From NCBI RefSeq assembly GCF_963921235.1, contig NC_086108.1:44642001-44706000 (forward strand): a stretch of 64,000 nt of DNA, given 5' to 3'. The stretch is from Mobula hypostoma. Its lineage: Eukaryota. A program made the position numbers and the translations under genes. A model generated the notes under the pieces. It saw only the letters and a list, made by a program, of their open reading frames with translations. It was not told the DNA's origin and made no database searches. Positions 25,872 through 39,376 of this stretch are shown here, piece by piece (position 1 is the stretch's first letter; each line of letters begins with the position of its first letter).

Positions 25872-27027
25872 CTGTTTAGAGAATTAAAACAATCATTAAT
25901 GTTCACTCAAATTGTACTTGAAGTATTACTACAAAACATGTTTTAAGATTTTCAGTAAGAGTCAAAAGAAGTATTTAACATCTCAGAAACCAGACCTTGG
26001 ATTAAATAAAAAAAATCACACAAATGCAAGCATAGATGAAAAAAAACACAAACCCACATACAATGGAATACTTCATCCAGTTTTTGCTCCATTAAAAGAC
26101 TTTTAATTGTGTTTTAGTTCCAACTTTAACATTACTTCAATTGTTTTTCACCAATTCATATTTTGTACTATAAAGGGTTAATCTTTGTGATTGTTCATTG
26201 TCTCACCACTACTGTGGCATTAAACATAACAGAATTAGCTTAGATTACTACTATGCGAATAGAATGCAATGTACTAAGGGAGCACAGCCATGGGAACGTG
26301 AAGGTTAGGTGAACACAGGGGTGGGACTTGTGAAGGGTGTGATAAGTGATGGCTGGTTCTGGTTCAGTGGTCTGAGTTGATGCTACTGTACTGATACACT
26401 TACTGCAACGTTTCATACCAGTGGAGAGGGTGTAGGGCATTCAGAGGGGCTTGGGGGTAGTTCTTTGATGGGCTGGTTGTCAGCAGTGCCACAGATCAGC
26501 AGAATGGGAGATGTGCTGCAGTAAGAGGGGCCTGTACAAACCTCAATAAATATTTTAATGGTTGCTCTGTCCAAGTTTTGTAATTCTAAGTAGATAATTA
26601 AAGGTTGTGTCTTTCTGCCTGACCTAGCTGGTTCAGGAACCTATTGGTGTAAGAAAACAATTATGAACTGCTCTTTTATCATAAGCCTCATTCACATTTT
26701 GTTTTACATTTGGAAACAATAATTTTCTTGTTTTTTTAAATTGGAATAACACATTGAGATTTTTAATTAACGAAATGACCTGGGTATTTAAAAAAAAACA
26801 AGTAAAAAAACTAGGCCAAGGCACCTTTGTTGAGAAATGTATTTTTATTAGTTTTGTTTATTTAGCGATGCAGCACGGAGTAGGCCATTCTGGCCCTTTG
26901 GGCCATGATGTCCCATCAACCCCCAACAAACCTGATTATCCCTAACTAATCACGGACAATTAAACTACGCGGTATGCCTTTGTACTGTGAGAGGAAACCC
27001 ATGCATTTCACAAGGAGTGGGTACAGT

Positions 27028-29566
27028 CAGGGTTACCAGATTGGCTTTTTTGGTGCCAAATTCCAGAAAGCTGGCTTCTTCCTAATCTGGTTAGCACCAG
27101 AAATATCATTTGGCTTTTTCGGGCTTTTCTACATGCTAAGATTATCTGCACAAAAATTACATACCATCCTTTTTCTAAAACATTTTCCTTTCAGAAAAAT
27201 GTTTTTTGGTCAGTTACATTTGGCAATATTTCTGCCGCCAAGAGTCTGGGCAAGAAGCGGCCAACCAGCAAGTCAGCAACACGATCACGTGCTAACCCGC
27301 CCGGGCGAGTGCAGTTTCTCTTGGAGCTCCGAAGTTTTCGGATGTGATTTATAATCATACAATTCGACTGTGAAGTGTACTTTCTATACATAATAACATT
27401 TTGTGGTGAAACTGTGATGCCTTCGGCTGTTTCCATAAATCATTTATTATCAACACCCATGACCATGTCGTTAAAGAAATGGAAAGCTTCTTATGATAGC
27501 AATCGTAAGTACAATAGCAAATGGGACGAAACGCTTGTATGGGTCCAAAAGGCTGCTGATGGATTGGAGGCAGCTTATTGTAAATTGTGCCACAGCACCA
27601 TTGTACCAAGAGCTAGCAACCTTTCAGATCATGAAAAACCGGAGAAACACAAGCGGAGGACTCGATCAAAAGGCCAGACACAACTTAATGTAACAAAGAC
27701 TCCTAGGCAAGATAATGATAAGGTTAAGGCAGCAGAGCTGCAAATTGCTGTAAGCATGACCTGCCATTGTGCGATACGTACAGTTGACCACCTGAGTGAA
27801 GTCATGATAGCACATGGGCATGGGAGTACACTGGAGCACATAAAGTTACATAAAACTAAATGTGCATGCTTAACCAAAAATATCATTTCGCCTGCACTGA
27901 AAACCGATCTCATTGATGGCTTTCAGAATAAGAAATATGCCATCATTATATTGTTTGTAGATGAATCTACTGACACTTCAACACAAAAACACTTGCGTAT
28001 TTGCCGATTTTTTAAGTGATAGGACAAAGGAAATTGTAAGTGGATTTCTAGGTTTAATTCCGGTGCAAGAGGCTATAGGAAAAAACGTATTCAATTTGAT
28101 TGACGAGGAAATCAAAAGATGTGGCCAGGGTCTTGCAAATTGCATTGGTTTTGCATCGGATGGTGCATCAAACATGGTTGGGTGCAACAACTCCATGTGG
28201 TCTAGACTAAAAGATGTGTCTCCTTTCTGTGTGCAACTCAAATGTATCTGTCATTCGCTGGCACTGTGCATTCAATATGCAGTATCCAAGCTACCATCAA
28301 ATATTGGATTTTTACTGTCAGAAATACCCAATTGGTTTTGCCATAGTGAATTAAGACAGGAAGCATACAAAGAATTGTTTAGAGTGATGAACACAGCTAC
28401 AGAACTTGAGCTAACCCAAACTGCCCCCCTCCCCTTTGAAAAGCCTGCGTCTACTCAGTGGCTTGTGCGTGGAAAGGTCATGCTTAATATTTTGATGAAC
28501 TGGGAAGAGCTAAAGGCTTATTTCACTTCTGCTGAAGTAGCCCAGTCAAAGTTTGATACAAAATTCAAAGCAAGACTCCTAAAGGAAATGTTGTCAGACT
28601 ACAAAAACTTGTTCTTTGAGTTTGCAACACCTGTTGTGCAGGAATTTGAAAGACTGAACAGCCTTTTTCAGCAAACCAAAGCTGATCCTCATGAAATGTA
28701 GCAACAAATATTCTTACACCAGAAGAATCTTCAGATCAGACTGTATGATGCCAATAGACAGAAAAAAATATTAATGAAGTATTTTGTATCAAATTCTTAA
28801 CAGCATGTGATAAGTTCCTACAGCAGAACAACACTGCTGAGGCCCATCTAGAAATAAAAAATGTGGAAGAAAGATGTATGTCTATGCTAGGAGAAGCTCT
28901 GAGTCAAGGTACATGTAGACTTGCGTCAGCGGGAGATACATTTGCAAGTTTATCAAAATTGAGCCATGTGATAATTTTAAATCAAGCTTCAAGGCCCATG
29001 TATTCCAAGTTACCCTTTATACACCTTGCAGGAAACAACGTCAGCACAATTGAAAAAGAATAGAGAAAAATGCCTTTTGTGGATTGGAAAGAAGCAGCTC
29101 CATTTAAGAAAGATGGACTCTCGACAGACACTGAAGAGTTTTGGCTTGGTGTACTTCAGCATCAGGCATTTAAAGAGGTCGCCACCTTTGCCCTTACTTG
29201 TCTAATAACCCCTGTCGGCAATGCTGTAGTTGAGAGGATATTTTCTCTTGTATCCTCCGTTAAAAGGAAGGCAAGAAACAGAATGCAGCTGAATCTTCTT
29301 GATGGTATTGTGAGAATGAGGGCAGAAGTATTGCTTTCAAGCAAATGTTGCAAAGACTTTACTGCATCTCCAGAAATGCTAAAAAAAAACTTCACATCGG
29401 ACAAGGTTTATGCCGTATGTTCCACTGATTTCAGTGAAGAGGATAGTAATAACCTGGATCTGGAGCTTTTCTTGTGTTGTGAGTATGGGGAAAATAGTGG
29501 GCTTTTATCTGGCTTTTAAAAAAGTATTGTTTGGCTTTAAATTAAAATTTCAATCTGGCAACCCTG
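27028..29566 (+). mobile_element. Near full-length hAT transposon (BED zinc finger transposase; frameshifts and stops) in TCEANC2 intron
   Basis: 16-bp TIRs CAGGGTTACCAGATTG / CAATCTGGCAACCCTG. Motifs AYCKLC, VDESTD, FASDGASNMVG, CICHSLAL, STQWL, NAVVERIFS. It splits a SINE-like sequence. Confidence 0.9.
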
Positions 29567-30257
29567 GAATTCCTTACTGGAATTGGAACTCCGAAACACA
29601 CCGCGCTGCAACAGCGGCGCGCTAATCGCTGCGCTACCGAGCTACCCTCTCGAGTCTGTCCGAAGCACTTCCATTCAGGAAAAATCCCGTTGCTTTTCTC
29701 CCTCGCCACTTTTAACTGTGGATAGCCAATGTTCCTTCTCCCAATGTCTGCACCCACGTATAACTGTTCCTCCTCTCCATAGTACTACTAATTTCAATCT
29801 TCATCCATGCCAGACATTTGGATCACTTATACTCTTCTTCTAGGATGCTGTATAAAAGTAATTACTCTGTAACAATAATTAACTCTTATAACTCGACAGA
29901 CCCTCCTAAATTGTCATTTTAACCAAAACAAAAACAAAAAGGAAACTTTTGACTGACCATGAATTACTTTGCCTTCTTTGCAGGGAGTACAGCCCCACAC
30001 TTCCAGTGACCTGGGTTCAATCTTGACTTCCAGAGGGGGGAGAGAGAGGGATTGTTAGTGATTTGGAGGGCCTCAGCGAAACAATGGGAGATTGGAACTG
30101 ATGGGACTAATAGCTTTGTGTCTTTAGAAATGAGCAAAGGTTTACTGGGAAATGTGATTAGAACAGGTAGTAAACAGAACAAAAACATCTCGAATGCCCT
30201 TAATCCACAGTTTCAAGTGAACTCCGGAAACCCCTCCACAATGGGGAAATTCTCTAC

Positions 30258-30347
30258 CTTCAAAGACTCCAGAGTAGTCTGACGGTAAACCTTGGGCTGG
30301 GGCTGTGCCGGGCTCGCCGCGCAGCCCCGCACTACGAAGCGATCCAT
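30258..30347 (-). CDS. TCEANC2: TCEANC2 first coding exon (MDRFVVR...KVYRQTTLESLK)
   Basis: ATG at 30347, 90 nt, AAG|GTAGAG donor. N-terminus matches TCEANC2 (MDKFV...KVYKQATIESLK|RVVV). The spliced CDS gives about 205 aa. Confidence 0.92.
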
Positions 30348-30705
30348 GGATGACCCCAAGCTCAGGGCACAGGACGAAGCACTCCTGTTCTTGGTTACGG
30401 AATACAACACGACAAGCCCACTCCAGCCAGTGTCCTAGCGCGGCCTGCCTTCAGGCAACTACGCAAACAGCTGGCAACTACAAGTCCCAGCCACCCTTGC
30501 GCCAGCAGCTGGAAGTATTTTTTTTAAAAACATAATATTTACATCTAACACAAACCTAACTGCGGTAAATTTGTACAGTAAATCTGTAGGATCAGATGTA
30601 AGATGAAAGTTGTAGTAAAACCGATGGCAGTGAGGTACGGTATGACGGCGCACGCGCGGTGAGGTAAGGGATTGTGGATCACAACAAACAGGCGGAAGAT
30701 GGCGG
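30348..30705. promoter_or_regulatory. Bidirectional TCEANC2/TMEM59 promoter
   Basis: 351 bp between the ATGs, CpG-rich patches. ACTACAAGTCCCAGCCACCCTTGCG (30477-30501; ZNF143/THAP11 motif), TGACG (30643), GCGCACGCGC (30648; NRF1-like), CGGAAG (30693; ETS), AAGATGGCGG over the TMEM59 ATG (YY1). Confidence 0.85.
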
Positions 30706-30884
30706 TGGCGGCGGGCGGTTCTAGTCGCTGCGGCTCGGTCTTCGGCTTTGCTTTGGTCTCGATATTGGCTCTGTCTTTCAGTAATGTGTCGCTGGCTTCC
30801 GACGCGTTCGATGCTGTTTTGGGAGATACATCGTCGTGTCAGAAATCCTGTGAGATGACCTATACGCTGCACACTTATCCGAAG
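30699..30884 (+). CDS. TMEM59: TMEM59 coding exon 1 (signal peptide plus AFDAVLGDTSSCQKSCEMTYTLHTYPK)
   Basis: Kozak AAGATGG, AAG|GTAGGG donor, BSMAP/TMEM59 motif. Head-to-head with TCEANC2 as in human, which favours TMEM59 over TMEM59L. Confidence 0.93.
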
Positions 30885-31054
30885 GTAGGGCTGGCCGGCT
30901 GGTATTTTTATGTAAAACCTTGTTGTTCTGAGGCTTGAGGCTTCTCATTATTTTACTTTAACAACGCAGTCTTTTTTGATTAACTGATGTGTATTATGCA
31001 TTTCAGATATCTAAATTGGTGAATCCTGTGAATTTTGTTAAAAAGCTCACATAT

Positions 31055-31705
31055 TAGACCATAAGACCTTGGAGCAAATTAGACCGTTCGGCCCGTCGAG
31101 TTTTCTCCGTATTCCATCATAGCTGTTTTGATTTATTATCCCTCTCAACCCCATTCTCCTGCCCTTTTCCAGTAACCTATGACGCCCTGATTAATCAAAA
31201 ACCTATCAATCTCCACCTTAAATATACCTAATAACTTGGCCTCCACAGCCGTCTGGGGCAAAAAATTCCACAGATTCACCACCCTCTGGTTAAATAAATT
31301 TTTCCTCATCTCCGTTCTAAACGGACGTCTCTCAATTCCGAGGCTGCCCTATGGTCCTAGACACCCCCACTATAGGAAACAGTGCCTCCATATCCACTCT
31401 ATCCAGACCTTCCAATTCTGATGAACTCCAGTGAGTACAGGCATAGAGCCATCAAAAACTCCTCATATGTTAAACTTTTCATTCCTAGGATCATCTTCGT
31501 CAACCTCTTCTGGACTGGAATTTCTTCAATGCTAGCACATCCTTTCTTAGATAAGGGGACCAAAACAACTCTCTATAATCCAAGTGTAGTCTGACCAATG
31601 CCATATAAACCCTCAGCATTATGTACTTGCAATTGTATTCATGTCCTCTCAAAATGAATGCTAATATTGCATTTGGCTTCCTTGCCACTGACTCAACCTG
31701 CAAAT
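31055..31705 (-). mobile_element. CR1 LINE 3' fragment
   Basis: ORF 31500-31703 ILAFILRGHEY...LVRLHLDY..FWSPYLRKDVLAL with a CR1-type tail. Confidence 0.75.
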
Positions 31706-33035
31706 TAAATTCTGTATTCTATAGAAATAACTTTGAACAATTGAATCATGAAGTTAATGGGTTGTAAATCACGGGAACGGTGCAGGAAAAGTATATTTGG
31801 GATCTTAATCATTACCATCTAAAATGTAAGTTTTCTGGCAACTATCTTGAAAGTATTGAGCTGGAGGTAATAGAAATTGATTTAAATTGAAAGTGTGGTT
31901 TTGAATGATATTCAACCAATCTGCAATGATCTGCTGGAAATGTCATCGATTTTTTAAGCCAGATTTGGATAATGGAGGTCTGGATTATTTACCATAAATT
32001 AGAAAATATTTGACCTTACTCTTTACATTGCTGGATTTTTTTATGGGGGAAAGCTGGTCAAACTATTACAATCTGTAATTTGATTCCTGCAGCATTTTCT
32101 TAGATTGTTTATGCAGTTATTGTTCCAGTCTCTTGAGAGAAAATTTATGGTTATAGTTGATTATGCCGATTATGCCAACCTGATTGTGGAGATTATGCCA
32201 ACCTGTTTCTTGATTCTGGTTTTGGGAATTGGGATGCAATCCTGCAGAGTAAGCATGTATCAGTGACCAGGAGAAGCTCTTGTCTATGAGAATTTCTTAT
32301 TGGTTTTATCTGGAGATCTCTAAAGTAAGTCATAGGTATCAGAAACCCGGTTAACCATAACTTTGGCTTTGAATTGAATTTTGAAAGTGAGATTTGTGTT
32401 TGAGCATTAATAGTGATGATTTTGAACTTGATCAAACAGCTGGCAAAACCTGTAGAATAGTATTTATGTTGCCTGTTTCTGTGGTTAAATAGTTGAAAAT
32501 TGAAGGTATTTTGTAGCATTGTTCTCATTGTGATGTCACATTGGGGAAATTAAGATGAAAGGCTGAGATCCATATTTGGGCTTTGTAGAAAAAAGTCACT
32601 AGTAACAAATGTTTGTTTTTGGTATTAAAATTAGTAATAATGATTTCTTTGATTTGAAAATAGTTTGCTTTTTAGAGACAATTCAATTTAGAAAAACAGC
32701 AGCTTCATTTAGTATAAGGGAGATTTTATTTATCATTTATTGAATTCTCAGCATCAGACTTACCCAGTAAAATATATTTTGCAGATATTCTACATTGATG
32801 GTGTTGACTGCTGATTTAGAGAATTAATATAATGCATCAAGTAGATAGTTCTACAAAATTTTGAAACTACTGGGTTTATTGTGTGAAACAATTCTTCAGA
32901 AAAATGGAGTTCTGAAATCAGAAGTCTAATGGTTTAGGTAGGAGGGAGAGTGGGTGTTTTTGATTTGCTTTTCAGCTGGTTTGGCACAACACAGTGGGCC
33001 GAACGGCCTGTTCCTGTGCTATAGTCTTCTATGTT

Positions 33036-34252
33036 TCACATTGTCCACATTGTCTCTGTTTTAGGTGATACAACTCCACATTGTCTATGTTTTAGGTGAT
33101 ACAGCTCCACATTGTCTATGTTTTAGGTGATACAACTCCACATTGTCTCTGTTTTAGGTGATACAACTCCACATTGTCTATGTTTTAGGTGATACAGCTC
33201 CACATTGTCTATGTTTTAGGTGATACAACTCCACATTGTCTATGTTTTAGGTGATACAACTCCACATTGTCTATGTTTTAGGTGATACAACTCCACATTG
33301 TCTATGTTTTAGGTGATACAGCTTCACATTGTCTATGTTTTAGGTGATACAGCTTCACATTGTCTATGTTTTAGGTGATACAGCTTCACATTGTCTATGT
33401 TTTAGGTGATACAACTCCACATTGTCTATGTTTTAGGTGATACAACTCCACATTGTCTTTTAGGTGATACAACTCCACATTGTCTATGTTTTAGGTGATA
33501 CAACTCCACATTGTCTATGTTTTAGGTGATACAACTCCACATTGTCTATGTTTTAGGTGATACAACTCCACATTGTCTATGTTTTAGGTGATACAGCTTC
33601 ACATTGTCTATGTTTTAGGTGATACAGCTTCACATTGTCTATGTTTTAGGTGATACAGCTTCACATTGTCTATGTTTTAGGTGATACAGCTTCACATTGT
33701 CTATGTTTTAGGTGATACAGCTTCGCATTGTCTATGTTTTAGGTGATACAGCTTCGCATTGTCTATGTTTTAGGTGATACAGCTTCGCATTGTCTATGTT
33801 TTAGGTGATACAGCTTCGCATTGTCTATGTTTTAGGTGATACAGCTTCGCATTGTCTATGTTTTAGGTGATACAGCTTCGCATTGTCTATGTTTTAGGTG
33901 ATACAGCTTCGCATTGTCTATGTTTTAGGTGATACAGCTTCGCATTGTCTATGTTTTAGGTGATACAACTCCACCTTGTCTATGTTTTAGGTGATACAAC
34001 TCCACCTTGTCTATGTTTTAGGTGATACAACTCCACCTTGTCTATGTTTTAGGTGATACAGCTCCACGTTGTCTATGTTTTAGGTGATACAGCTCCACGT
34101 TGTCTATGTTTTAGGTGATACAACTCATTGTCTATGTTTTAGGTGATACAGCTTCACATTGTCTATGTTTTAGGTGATACAACTCCACATGGTCTATGTT
34201 TTAGGTGATACAACTCATTGTCTATGTTTTAGGTGATACAGCTCCACATTGC
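33036..34252. repeat. Minisatellite, 31-bp unit CTCCACATTGTCTATGTTTTAGGTGATACAA, about 39 copies
   Basis: Contiguous tandem units without spacers. Variants occur in blocks. Confidence 0.97.
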
Positions 34253-34719
34253 TAGGGTTGCGGGAGGGCTGAGATGAGGCGGGATTGATTGTATTGGATA
34301 TTGTCAAATTTGTAATGTACATGAGGTGTATATGTAATGGAATAAGAAATATTTTACGACTGAGAAAGCAATTACACTTGTCAGGTATGCATGGAAACCT
34401 GTGGATTTTATCCTCGGGTAGAAATACTTGAAAACAAAAGCGGAGGTTGTGGATCCATGCAATAATTGAAGATGTTGGTCATTGTACACCGCCCCCCCCC
34501 AGTGGGTTGCTGGGGGGGGCTGCAGTTTGTTGGGCCCAAAAGGCCTGTCCTGTGCTATTTTTCTAAATAAATAAATGTGAAGACAAACCAACTATTAAAC
34601 ATTAATGTCCAGTGTCATTTGTGCAGAAATGAGCTGCAGTATATCTCAACCTTTTCTCAGGACTAAGGTAAAAAAAAATGTCAAAATAACATCCAAGGAT
34701 ACACATTGTATTGAAAGGA

Positions 34720-37250
34720 CATGTAGGTAGGTAGAGGCGGTTGGGTGGTTTTGTTAAAAAATGAAATAAAATCTTTAGGAAGAAGTGACATAAGATTAAA
34801 AAATGTAGAAATCTTGTGGGTAGAGTTGGGGAGAAGCTGGAAGGGTTAAAAAAAAACCATGTTGTGAGTTACATAAAAGCCTCAGAACAATAGCCAGGGT
34901 GTGGCAGACAAATTACAGTGGAAGCTAGAAAAGGCTTGTAAAAACAAAAAGAGCAATGTTATGATGATTATGAGGGATTTCAATATACAGGTAGATTGGG
35001 AAAATCATGTGGGTACTGGATCCTGAGAGAAGGAATTTATAGAATACCTATGGGATGGCTTTTAGAGCAGATTATGGTTGACCACACTTGGGAAAAGGCA
35101 ATTCTAGATTGGGTGTTGTGTAATGAACCAGATTTGATTAGAGAATTTAATGTAAAGAAACACATAGGCAGTGATCATATTATGATAGAATTCACCCTGC
35201 AGTTGGAGAGAGAGAAAGAAGATAAAATGGGATGTTATTGGTATTATAGTAGAGTAAAGTTAACTACAGAGAAGTTAACAAAGTTAACTACCAAATGAAC
35301 TCAACGCCTTCTATACCCACTTTGAAAGGGAGAATATAACTACAACTGTGACGATCCCTGCTGCAGTCGATGATCCTGTGATCTCTGTCTCAGAAGCCGA
35401 TGCTAGGCTGTCTTTAAAGAGAGTGAACCCTTGCAAGATGGAAGGTCCAGGTGGAATTCCTGGTAAGATTTTGAAAACCTATGCCAACTAACTGGTGGGA
35501 GTATTCGAGGACATTTTCAACCTCTCACTGCTGCGGGCTGAAGTTCCCACTTGCTTCAAAAAGGCAACAATTATACCAGTGCCTAAGAAGAATAATGTGG
35601 GCTGCCTTAATGACTATTGCCCAGTAGCACTTGCATCTATATTGATGAAATGCTTTGAGAGGTTGGTCATGACTAGACTGAACTCCTGCCTCAGCAAGGA
35701 CCTGGACCCATTGCAATTTGCCTATCGCCACAATAGGTCAATGGCAGATGCAATCTCAATGGCTGTCCACATGGCCTTATACCACCTGGACAACACAAAC
35801 ACCTATTTCAGGATGCTGTTCATCTACTATAGTTCAGCATTTAATACCATCTTTCCCATAATCCTGATTGAGAAGTTATAGAACCTGGGCCCCTGTACCT
35901 CCTTCTGTAATTGGATCCTCAACTTCCTAACTGGAAGACCACAGTCTGTGCAGATTGGTGATAACATCTCCTTGCTGATGATCAACATTGGTGCACCTCA
36001 GGGGTGTGTGCTCAGCCCACTACTCTACTCTATACGCATGACTGTGTGGCTAAGCGTAGCTCAAATATCATCTATAAATTTGCTGATGATACAACCATTG
36101 TTGGTAGAATCTCAGATGGTGGTGAGATATGCCAACTAGTGGAGTAGTGTCACAGCAACAACCTGGCACTGAATGTCAGTAAGACAAAAGAGCTGACTGT
36201 GGACTTCAGGAAGGGTAAGATGAAGGAACACATACCAGTCCTCATAGAGGGATCATAAGTGGAGAGTGTGAGCAGTTTCAAGTTCCTGGGTGTCAAGATC
36301 TCTGAGGACCTGACCTGGTCCCAACATATCGATGTAGTTATAAAGAAGGCAAGACAGTGACTATACCTCATTAGGAGTTTGAAGAGATTTGGTATGTCAA
36401 CAAATACACTCGAAAACATTCTAACATTCTGACATCACTGTCTGGTATGGGGGGGGAGGGGTGTGCTACTGCACAGGACCGAAAGAAGCTGCGGATGGTT
36501 GTAAATTTAGTCGGCTCCATCTTGGGACTAGCCTGCAAAGTACCCAGGGCATCTTCAAGGAGCGGTGTCTCAGAAAGGCATCGCTCTCAGAATTATTAAG
36601 GACCTCCAGCACCCAGAGCATGCATTTGTCTCACTGTTACCATCAGGTAAGAGGTACAGAAGCCTGAAGGCACACACTCAGCGATTCAGGAACAGATTCT
36701 TCCCCTCTGCCATCTGATTCCTAAATGGACATTGAACCCTTGAACGTTACCTCACTTTTTTAATATATATAATTTCTGTTTTTTGCACGATTTTTAATCT
36801 ATTCAATTTATGTATACTGTAATTTATTTATTATTTTTTCCCTTCTCTATTATGTATTGCATTGAACTGCTGCTGCTAAGTTAACAAATTTCATGACACA
36901 TGCCGGTGATAATAAACCTGACTCTGATCTGAAAGGAGTAGGTCAAAGTTTATTAGAAGGGGACATTAGCAGGGACAACAGTAGAGCAGCAATGGCTGGA
37001 GTTTCTGGGAATAATTCAGAAGATGCAGGATTGGTTCATCCCAAAGAAGAAGCAGCATTTGAAGGGAGGACGAGGCAACTGTGGTTAACAAGGAAAGTCA
37101 GAGATGGCATAAAATCAAAAGAGAGGGCCTGCACTATCGCAAAAATTAGTGGGAAGCTAAAAGATTGAGAAGTTCTTAAATAAAACAGAAATTAGGAGAG
37201 AAATGGAGCTAGCAAACCGTATAGAAGAGGACAGCAAAAGCTTTTTCAAA
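34720..37250 (+). mobile_element. Old CR1 endonuclease-region fragment split by a Rex1 insertion
   Basis: LEQIMVDHTWEKAILDWVLCNEPDLI...SDHIMIEF before 35296, and LWLTRKVRDGIKSKERA...KISGKLKD after 36931. Confidence 0.7.
35297..36931 (+). mobile_element. Rex1/Babar-type LINE, 5'-truncated
   Basis: [78 protein letters not shown]. 3' AATAAACCTGACTCTGATCTGA tail. Confidence 0.88.
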
Positions 37251-38684
37251 TTTTTAAGACTATTAGACATGAGAGGAGAATTAGGTCATTCAGCCTATTA
37301 AGTCTGCTCTGCCCTTCAATGATGGCTGATTTATTTTCCCCTCAACTCCATTCTTCTGCCTTCTCCCAGTAACCTCTAACATTTTTAATAATCAAGAACC
37401 TATCAGCCTCTGCTTTAAATATATCCAATAACTTGGTCTCCTGAGGACTAGGCTATGAAAGCAAGGACATAATGATGAAGCTTTATTAAGGGATTCTTTG
37501 GCTGCATTTAGAGTATTGTGAGCAGTTTTGGGATCTATGTACAAGAAAGGTTGTGCTGGCATAGGAAAGGATCCAGGGGAGGTTTATGAGAATGACTCCA
37601 GGAAAAGTTTGATGGCTCTAGGTCCTGTACTTGCTGTAGTTTGGAAGAATGAGGGGTATGAGTCTCATTGAAACCTACCAAATGTTAAAAGACCCAGAGT
37701 GGATGTGGAGAGGATGTTTCCTGTAGAGACTTTAGGACCACAGGACGCAACCTCAGAATAGAAGGATGTCCTCTTAGAATAGAGGTATGGATGAATTTCT
37801 TTAGCCAGAGCGTGGTGAATCTGTGGAATTAATTTACACAGATGGTTGTAGAAGCCAAGTTATTGAGTATATTTAAAGGAAAAATAGGGAAAATAAATCG
37901 GCTATGATGGAATGGCAAGACAGACTTGATGGGTCAAAATGGCCCAATTCTGCACCTCTGTCTTGTGGTTTAAAATTTTCCACTCTTGCCTAGTCTGATT
38001 TATGTAATTCCAGATATGCAATAATATTCTTGCTCTTGAATTTCCCTCTGAAATGGCCAGCAAGTAGCTAAATCTGGGAGTAGCCAGTGATGCTCATGTA
38101 CCATGAATAATTAAATTTCTATATATAAGTAGTCTTCTTGTGTGCTGGTGTCCTTTTTCAGTTGAGAGTTTGATTTTAAACATCATATTCCATCCTGGAA
38201 AGTAAGACTGTGCTGTGCATGGAACTGCCATGAACCATTATTTAAACTCTTTAATGTGTTTTATTGTAAAAACTTCGCATCATAATCAGGATAGACAAAA
38301 AAAAAACAATGTTCTTTGCTGCTGCAAGTAAGTTTTAGGTTGCACTTGTGCATATGTGTACTAGTGCATTTGGCAATAATCTCAACTTGGACCTTTGTTG
38401 GTTAGGTTATGTGAGTTTGAAATATACTTGGTAGCTCTGATCTTTCTCAGCCAAAATTCACAAACAGCATTGCAGTCCACTGTATAGTTCTGAACTCTGG
38501 GTGGTTTTACTGTACTTGGCTACATGTCACTAAACTGTCTGGATCTAATGCTCCCTAAATTTACAATTAAAATCAATTGATTGTACAGTTATGCTAAGCT
38601 AGTGGGGCAGTCAGTGCTTATGACATTGTTCCATTCAGGCTTTCTCTTTTAAAAAAAAACTTGTATCATACTCAGTATGTTGCC

Positions 38685-39291
38685 TTAAGGTGCCGTGCAC
38701 AATCCTGACTTGATGGAGACAGAAGTGAGAGCACAGAGGAACATCTGGTGAAACTTCTGAAATGCCTGCTTCGCTGCTGCTGCAACTGTGTGGTCCGAAA
38801 TCTCCGGAGGGGAAGGCCCCGAGTCCTCGGCTTTGCCTGTTGCTCGGCGGCCGGGGCGGGGTCAAAGCGCTCAGCAGAGGATGGTGCTCAGTGTCGAAGG
38901 GCTGGTCGGAGGCTCGAAGTTTTCGGGCAGACTCAGGGTCAGCTGTGGTCGGGTGCTTCCAATGGTGCTGCATCAGCAAGTTTGCGGCGCTTGGAGGTTC
39001 ATGGCAGGGAGAGTTTCTCCCTTCTATCGTCTGTGTGAGATGATGAGGCTATCAGGACTTTGAGACTTCTTTTTTACCGTGCCCATGGTCTGCTCTTTAT
39101 CAAATTATGGTATTGCTTTGCACTGTTGTAACTATATGTTATAATTACGTGGTTTTGTCAGTTTTAGTCTTGGTTTGTCCTGTGTTTCTTGTGATATTAT
39201 TTTGGAGGAACGTTGTATCATTTTTTAATGCATGCATTTCTAAATGACAATAAGCAAGGACTGAGTGTCCTCATAATCTAATCTAATCTAA
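38685..39291 (+). mobile_element. Putative SINE or non-autonomous retroposon with (TAATC)n tail
   Basis: GC/CpG-rich 5' body, AT-rich 3' part, ends TAATCTAATCTAATCTAA. No coding similarity recognised. Confidence 0.55.
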
Positions 39292-39376
39292 CCACTGAAC
39301 CGTTCTATGCTAGTAAACTTGAAGGATTTCTCCCAAGCTGTTTTACATTGTGCTAACATTTGATTTGGTGTATAGC

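Noticed and set aside
30459..30872. 137-aa antisense ORF over TMEM59 exon 1 and the promoter
   Set aside because: Expected by chance in GC-rich sequence, with no homology or splice support.
33036..34252. CRISPR-like array of about 30-bp repeats
   Set aside because: Units are contiguous with no unique spacers, there are no cas genes, and the context is a eukaryotic intron.
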